A DNA stretch of 64,000 bases from Candidatus Poribacteria bacterium (GTDB taxonomy: Bacteria; Poribacteria; WGA-4E; WGA-3G). Below the pieces are notes generated by a model, which worked only from the letters and a program-made list of their open reading frames with translations, did no database searches and had not been told where the DNA came from. Position 1 is the first letter of the stretch. Each line of letters opens with the position of its first letter. The stretch is taken from positions 4,288,001-4,352,000 of the forward strand of contig OZ242029.1 in NCBI GenBank assembly GCA_965205015.1, written 5' to 3'. A program made the position numbers and the translations under genes. This document shows positions 59,261-64,000 of this stretch, piece after piece.

Positions 59261-59938
59261 TTAAAAGACCTTTCCGTCAACGAGTTGGATAACCCGATCT
59301 ACTTGTTCGGCGAGTTCTTGATTATGGGTTACGATAACAAAAGTCTGCCCAGCTTTGGAATTCAAATCCCAGAGCAGTTCTAAGACGGCTTCGCTGCTCC
59401 GCCGATCGAGGTTCCCCGTCGGTTCGTCAGCGAGTACAACCTTCGGTTGATTAATCAGTGAGCGTGCAATAGCGACGCGTTGCCGTTCACCGCCAGACAA
59501 TTGGCTCGGATAGTGCGAAAGCCTTTCGGATAGCCCAACATAATCGAGTAATGATTCTGCCTCTTTATAAACCGTTTTATTATTTGATGATGTGATTAAA
59601 GCCCCCATTGCGACGTTTTCAAGTGCTGTAAATTCCGGTAATAGGTGATGAAATTGAAACACAAAACCGATTTCTTTGTTCCGAAATCGAGCAAGTTCTG
59701 TATCGGATAGTGTGAATATGTCTTGTTCGTCGTATAAAACGTTTCCGGCTGTTGGTTTATCAAGCGTTCCAATAATATGCAGCAATGTGCTTTTCCCTAC
59801 ACCTGATGCGCCGACAATTGCGAGCAATTCTGACATGTATATTTCCAGGTTGATACCTTGGAGAACCGGCAGTTCTGACTCGCCATCATAGTAGGATTTG
59901 TGTAGATCTACGACGCGGATAAGTGTCTCTATGCCCAT
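59261..59938 (-). CDS. lolD: Lipoprotein-releasing ABC transporter ATPase
   Basis: GASGVGKS, GFVFQFHHLLPEF, LSGGERQR, ADEPTGNLD. Confidence 0.93.
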   Translation of the reverse strand: MGIETLIRVVDLHKSYYDGESELPVLQGINLEIYMSELLAIVGASGVGKSTLLHIIGTLDKPTAGNVLYDEQDIFTLSDTELARFRNKEIGFVFQFHHLLPEFTALENVAMGALITSSNNKTVYKEAESLLDYVGLSERLSHYPSQLSGGERQRVAIARSLINQPKVVLADEPTGNLDRRSSEAVLELLWDLNSKAGQTFVIVTHNQELAEQVDRVIQLVDGKVF

Positions 59939-59947
59939 AGTTAAAAA

Positions 59948-61408
59948 TTATTCGTGTTGTAAGGCTTCAACCGGTTTCATGTTTGCCGCTTGCCATGCCG
60001 GATATAACGTCGCGAGCCAACAGATTAAAAGTGAAAGTATATTGATGAAAACAACAAAGAACCAGTTCACCTGTATCGGCAATTGATTCATCTGATAGAC
60101 TTGGCTCAGCCCGAGCTCTTCGAGCGAAATTGGTGTAACGGCACAGTAGAGCGCGAATCCTATTGCGACGAGCCATAAAACACTAATTGAGAACATCCAT
60201 CCCTTACGGCGAGGTATCGCTCGCCTGAGGGCAATTAGCACTTGTAGGCAAATTGGCACAATGAGTACACCGGCATACCAATAAGAGGGACGCTCTGCAT
60301 TGTAACTCAGAAGCCAGCAGAGAACGAGCCCCAAGACTGTGCCTAATATCGTTCCAAGCACCCCAATGACACTCCCTTGAATCATGAAAAGTCTCATAAC
60401 GTTTCCGCGTGAAGCACCAAGGGTTCGCAGTGTCCCAACATCTTTTGTCTTTTCCATCACGGTCATAATCAGTGTGCTTGCGATGTTAAAGGACGCGACC
60501 AGGATGATGAGCGCTTCAATAATGACAGTTGCGATCTTTTCCAATCGAAGTGCTGAAAAGAGGGGTGCCTGCATTTCCATCCACGTTCTGGCATCCGGCA
60601 TTCCCTCTAAGACGGAAAACTGAACTGTATCCTCAATCCGTCTGGCGATCCGGGACGCTAATTCCGCGTCGGTTAATCGAACAAAGATCGTATTGACCTG
60701 ATTCTCTTTGTTATAGATTTTTTGAGCGGCGTTTAAATGAATAAACCCGAAATTGTTGTCATAAACCGCCAGCTCGGACTCATAGAACCCAATCACGACG
60801 AAGTTCGCCAAGTCCGGCACGAGCATTGACTCGTTTACGGGGTGTTTCACAAGATTCACGATGAGTCGCAGCACGTCGCCTTTAATGACCCCGAGGCGAG
60901 CCGCCAAACGCCCTCCGAGTACAATCCCTCCTGTGATCGTTTCATCTCTGATGAGTCGCGCGCCTTCGATATACTCGGAGTCTTGGAGTTCAGTGGATCC
61001 ATCAACAAATTTTGAGAAGCCAGTGACTTTGTCTTCCTGAGCCGGATCAATGCCCTTGATGTAAATCACGTCCTGAATGCTGTGGCTGCGTTCCCGAAAA
61101 ATAGCGCTTTGCGCCCAAACAACAGGTGATGTGGCGACGACTTCCTCAATTGACTCAATCTGTGAAGTTCTTTTCTCGTAACTTTCAAAGAAACTGTTAT
61201 CGTGCAGCCGGAGAACAACGTGCGCTTCATTTGCGAGGAATCGCTCTTTGAGTCCCTGTTCAACACCATCTAATACAGCGATTACGAGAATCACTGTTGC
61301 CACACCAAGCGCGACACCCCCGATAGAAATAATACTGATAATTGAAATGAAGGATTGTTTGCGCCGTGAGCGTAGATAGCGGGAAGCTACGAACCATTCA
61401 AATCTCAT
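59948..61408 (-). CDS. lolC: Lipoprotein-releasing ABC transporter permease LolC/E
   Basis: RYLRSRRKQSFIS, VASFNIASTLIMTVMEKTKDVG.LRTLGA, YPAWQAA...PVEAL. Confidence 0.9.
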   Translation of the reverse strand: MRFEWFVASRYLRSRRKQSFISIISIISIGGVALGVATVILVIAVLDGVEQGLKERFLANEAHVVLRLHDNSFFESYEKRTSQIESIEEVVATSPVVWAQSAIFRERSHSIQDVIYIKGIDPAQEDKVTGFSKFVDGSTELQDSEYIEGARLIRDETITGGIVLGGRLAARLGVIKGDVLRLIVNLVKHPVNESMLVPDLANFVVIGFYESELAVYDNNFGFIHLNAAQKIYNKENQVNTIFVRLTDAELASRIARRIEDTVQFSVLEGMPDARTWMEMQAPLFSALRLEKIATVIIEALIILVASFNIASTLIMTVMEKTKDVGTLRTLGASRGNVMRLFMIQGSVIGVLGTILGTVLGLVLCWLLSYNAERPSYWYAGVLIVPICLQVLIALRRAIPRRKGWMFSISVLWLVAIGFALYCAVTPISLEELGLSQVYQMNQLPIQVNWFFVVFINILSLLICWLATLYPAWQAANMKPVEALQHE

Positions 61409-61413
61409 ATATC

Positions 61414-61977
61414 TTAAGACGAGATAGGCGCTAATGCATCATAGTCCGTTTTTAGCATCCCGTATCCCATTAAATCCTCAAAGGTATCCCATTTTTTTAT
61501 ATGTTGTCGGAAGCATCCTTCATACTGCATCCCGATTTTTTCCAGTACCCGTCCGGAAGCGGTGTTTCGCTTGAAGTACTTCGCATGAATTCGGTTCAAC
61601 TTCAGGACTTCAAAACTGTGCACAACGACAACCTTTGCTGCCTCGGTGCAATAACCGCGGTTCCAATACGGTTTCCCAATCCAATAACCGAGTTCGGCAT
61701 TCTCGTTCTCTCGGTCGAGTCTAAGTCCTATTCCGCCAATTAAGTTTTTGTCTGCTCTGAGCGTGATTGCGAAGTTTAGTGCTTCGTCTTTTTCAAACTT
61801 TTCGTAACAAGAACGAATCCATTTTTCAGCCATACCATCTTGATAAGGATGCGGCATACGGGTCAGCGTTGCTGCTATATCGCGATCGCCAGCAAGGCGT
61901 TGCACATCCTGAGCGTCCTCAAGTTTGAATGAGCGGAGTGTCAACCTCTCTGTGTGGAGTATTGGTGCGGTCTTCAT
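61414..61977 (-). CDS. RimJ/RimL family GNAT acetyltransferase
   Basis: LHTERL.LR, AELGYWIGKPYWNRGYCTEA, N.ASGRVLEKIGM. Confidence 0.92.
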   Translation of the reverse strand: MKTAPILHTERLTLRSFKLEDAQDVQRLAGDRDIAATLTRMPHPYQDGMAEKWIRSCYEKFEKDEALNFAITLRADKNLIGGIGLRLDRENENAELGYWIGKPYWNRGYCTEAAKVVVVHSFEVLKLNRIHAKYFKRNTASGRVLEKIGMQYEGCFRQHIKKWDTFEDLMGYGMLKTDYDALAPISS

Positions 61978-62524
61978 TTTTCTGAAATTGACTCTTTAGT
62001 ATGCTGTATCGGATGGTATCTTCAAAAAAATATCTTTTCGGGTCTTTCGGAATATATTCAGCGTAGTGCATCCCGATTTTTTCCAGTACCCGTCCGGAGG
62101 CGGGATTTCGTTTGAAATAGTAGGCATAAACAGACTCGATGTCGTGCTCACGAAACCCATAAGCGACGACGGCTTTCACGGTTTCGGTGCAATATCCACA
62201 ATTCCAGTAAGATTTCCCGATCCAATAGCCAAGTTCTGCATCTTTGTAAGGTAAGTGAATCCGGAATGTCAAACCAATTTTGCCAATCAATGTTCCATCT
62301 GTTCTAAGTGTAACCGCAAAGTTCACCCTTTCTGATTTTTCAAACTCTTCATGGCACCATTGAATCCATTCCTCTGCTGTTCCATCTTCATAAGGATATT
62401 CTATTTCATCTGTGGTCGATGCCATATCGGGATCGTTAGCAAGATGTTGGACATCGGCGGCATCTTTACGTATGAATGAACGGAGTATCAACCTTTCTGT
62501 ATGAAGTATCGGTGCGGTTTTCAT
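61919..62524 (-). CDS. RimJ/RimL family GNAT acetyltransferase, tandem paralogue
   Basis: Same MKTAPILHTERL start and motifs as the downstream copy; overlaps it by 59 bp. Confidence 0.9.
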   Translation of the reverse strand: MKTAPILHTERLILRSFIRKDAADVQHLANDPDMASTTDEIEYPYEDGTAEEWIQWCHEEFEKSERVNFAVTLRTDGTLIGKIGLTFRIHLPYKDAELGYWIGKSYWNCGYCTETVKAVVAYGFREHDIESVYAYYFKRNPASGRVLEKIGMHYAEYIPKDPKRYFFEDTIRYSILKSQFQKNEDRTNTPHREVDTPLIQT

Positions 62525-62525
62525 C

Positions 62526-63998
62526 TTAACTTTCCGGACGCATCTGTGGAAACAGGATTACGTCTCGGATGGAGTATTGGTTCGTCAGCAACATCGTCAA
62601 TCGGTCGATACCGATGCCGAGTCCTCCCGTCGGGGGCATCCCGTATTCCAAGGCGCGTAAATAATCTTCGTCTACCATGAAGGCTTCGTCGTCACCAGCC
62701 TCCAAATTGTTCGCCTGCTCAAGAAAGCGTTGGCGTTGGTCGATCGGATCGTTGAGTTCACTAAAGGCGTTTCCGAATTCCATGCCGCAGATAAAAAACT
62801 CAAAGCGTTCGACGAACTCTGGAGTATCGGGCTTCTTTTTGGCAAACGGTGATACCTCGATGGGATAATCCGTTATAAATGTCGGCTGGATCAGTTTCGG
62901 TTCCACAAATTTGTCAAAGAGTTCGGCGATTATCTTCCCTTTTGTCTCGTCACCTGCCAAGTCAACGCCTGCGTCAATTGCTGCTTTGTAGAGTTCATCC
63001 GCTGAGAGTGGAGCGGGGTCTATACTGCTGTATTCCCGAATTGAATCCACCATGCTCAACCTGCGCCAAGGAGGCGTGAGATCGAGTTCATGCTCTTGAT
63101 AGTGAATCTTCGATGTCCCATGAATGATTTTTGCTGTGTCGGCGATGAGGGTTTCAGTGAGTTCCATTATCTGGATATAATCAGCGTAGGCTTGGTAGAG
63201 TTCAAGCATTGTAAATTCGGGGTTATGGTCCCTGTCCATTCCCTCGTTTCGGAAGTCGCGCGAGAACTCATAAACGCGATCGAACCCGCCTACGATGAGG
63301 CGCTTGAGATAAAGTTCATTTGCGATACGCAGATAGAGTGATTGTTCCAATGTATTGTGATACGTTGTGAAGGGACGCGCGTTTGCCCCCCCATAAATCG
63401 GTTGCAGGACGGGGGTTTCTACTTCAATAAAGTCCTGCTCGTTCAGCATGTCGCGAATCGCTTGAACGATTCGTGTCCTTTTAAGAAATACGTCCTTCAC
63501 CTCGGGATTCATGATGAGGTCTGCGTAACGTTGTCTATAGCGTGTCTGTTTATCTTGTAAACCGTGCCATTTTTCAGGAAGGGGTCGAATAGATTTTGAC
63601 AGAAGGTGTATGGTATCAACGAGGACAGTAAGTTCACCCGTACGCGTCCGAAAGATGGATCCCTCGGCACCGACGATATCGCCGGTATCAAAGCGTCGAT
63701 ATGTTTTGTACGGACCCGCACCTACATTGTCCCGGCGGACATAAATCTGGATTCTGCCTTCACTATCTTGTAGATGTGCGAAACTGCTTTTTCCGTGGTC
63801 GCGTTTCGTCATGATCCGACCCGCGATTCGGATTTTCTGAGTTTCGTCGGGTGTTTCTTGAATGTCAGCAAAGTCTCTATGGATGGCGGAGGAGGTGTGT
63901 GTCGGTTCATATTTATGCGGATAGGGTTCTACGCCAAATTCACGAATTTCATCCAACTTCTCGCGACGTTGCTGAATTATGTCCTTTGTTTCTTCCAC
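62526..63998 (-). CDS. lysS: Lysine--tRNA ligase (class II)
   Basis: OB fold; RYRQRYADL, GGANARPF, YLRIANELYLKRL, FRNEG, YGMPPTGGLGIGIDRL; start at the window edge is uncertain. Confidence 0.97.
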   Translation of the reverse strand: MEETKDIIQQRREKLDEIREFGVEPYPHKYEPTHTSSAIHRDFADIQETPDETQKIRIAGRIMTKRDHGKSSFAHLQDSEGRIQIYVRRDNVGAGPYKTYRRFDTGDIVGAEGSIFRTRTGELTVLVDTIHLLSKSIRPLPEKWHGLQDKQTRYRQRYADLIMNPEVKDVFLKRTRIVQAIRDMLNEQDFIEVETPVLQPIYGGANARPFTTYHNTLEQSLYLRIANELYLKRLIVGGFDRVYEFSRDFRNEGMDRDHNPEFTMLELYQAYADYIQIMELTETLIADTAKIIHGTSKIHYQEHELDLTPPWRRLSMVDSIREYSSIDPAPLSADELYKAAIDAGVDLAGDETKGKIIAELFDKFVEPKLIQPTFITDYPIEVSPFAKKKPDTPEFVERFEFFICGMEFGNAFSELNDPIDQRQRFLEQANNLEAGDDEAFMVDEDYLRALEYGMPPTGGLGIGIDRLTMLLTNQYSIRDVILFPQMRPES

Positions 63999-64000
63999 AG

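Noticed and set aside
137-63721. Numerous 60-200 aa ORFs antisense to or overlapping the called genes
   Set aside because: Shadow ORFs with no motifs; the overlapping genes have strong family signatures.

Overview
This is a gene-dense bacterial chromosomal segment with about 55 CDS. I found no rRNA, tRNA, transposase or true CRISPR array. The gene content and style suggest Ca. Poribacteria, a sponge-symbiont lineage; this is inference from the LamG/Kelch/dockerin exoproteins with a shared C-terminal TW..K tail, the PhyH, sulfatase and Gfo/Idh/MocA genes, and the abundant intergenic palindromes. 1-46 kb is mostly accessory catabolic and secreted-protein content, plus a DtxR/MntR-controlled Mn/Fe operon with a consensus promoter and palindromic operator. 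47-64 kb is housekeeping and envelope content: lysS, 2x GNAT, lolC/E, lolD, ilvE, bamA, skp, lpxD, grpE, dnaJ, prmA. Five observations stand out. (1) An adjacent archaeal-type GGGP synthase and DGGGP synthase pair sits between lpxD and grpE-dnaJ, suggesting isoprenoid ether lipids in an LPS diderm. (2) Four exported proteins share a C-terminal motif that looks like an undescribed sorting signal. (3) A membrane-anchored or exported dikinase has glucan-water-dikinase domain order. (4) Two families of dispersed palindromic repeats are present, and one copy is inserted in-frame inside a protein. (5) There is a candidate structured ncRNA and a PhyH enzyme with a halogenase-like HxG motif. All functional calls come from motif recognition by eye; no database searches were run.
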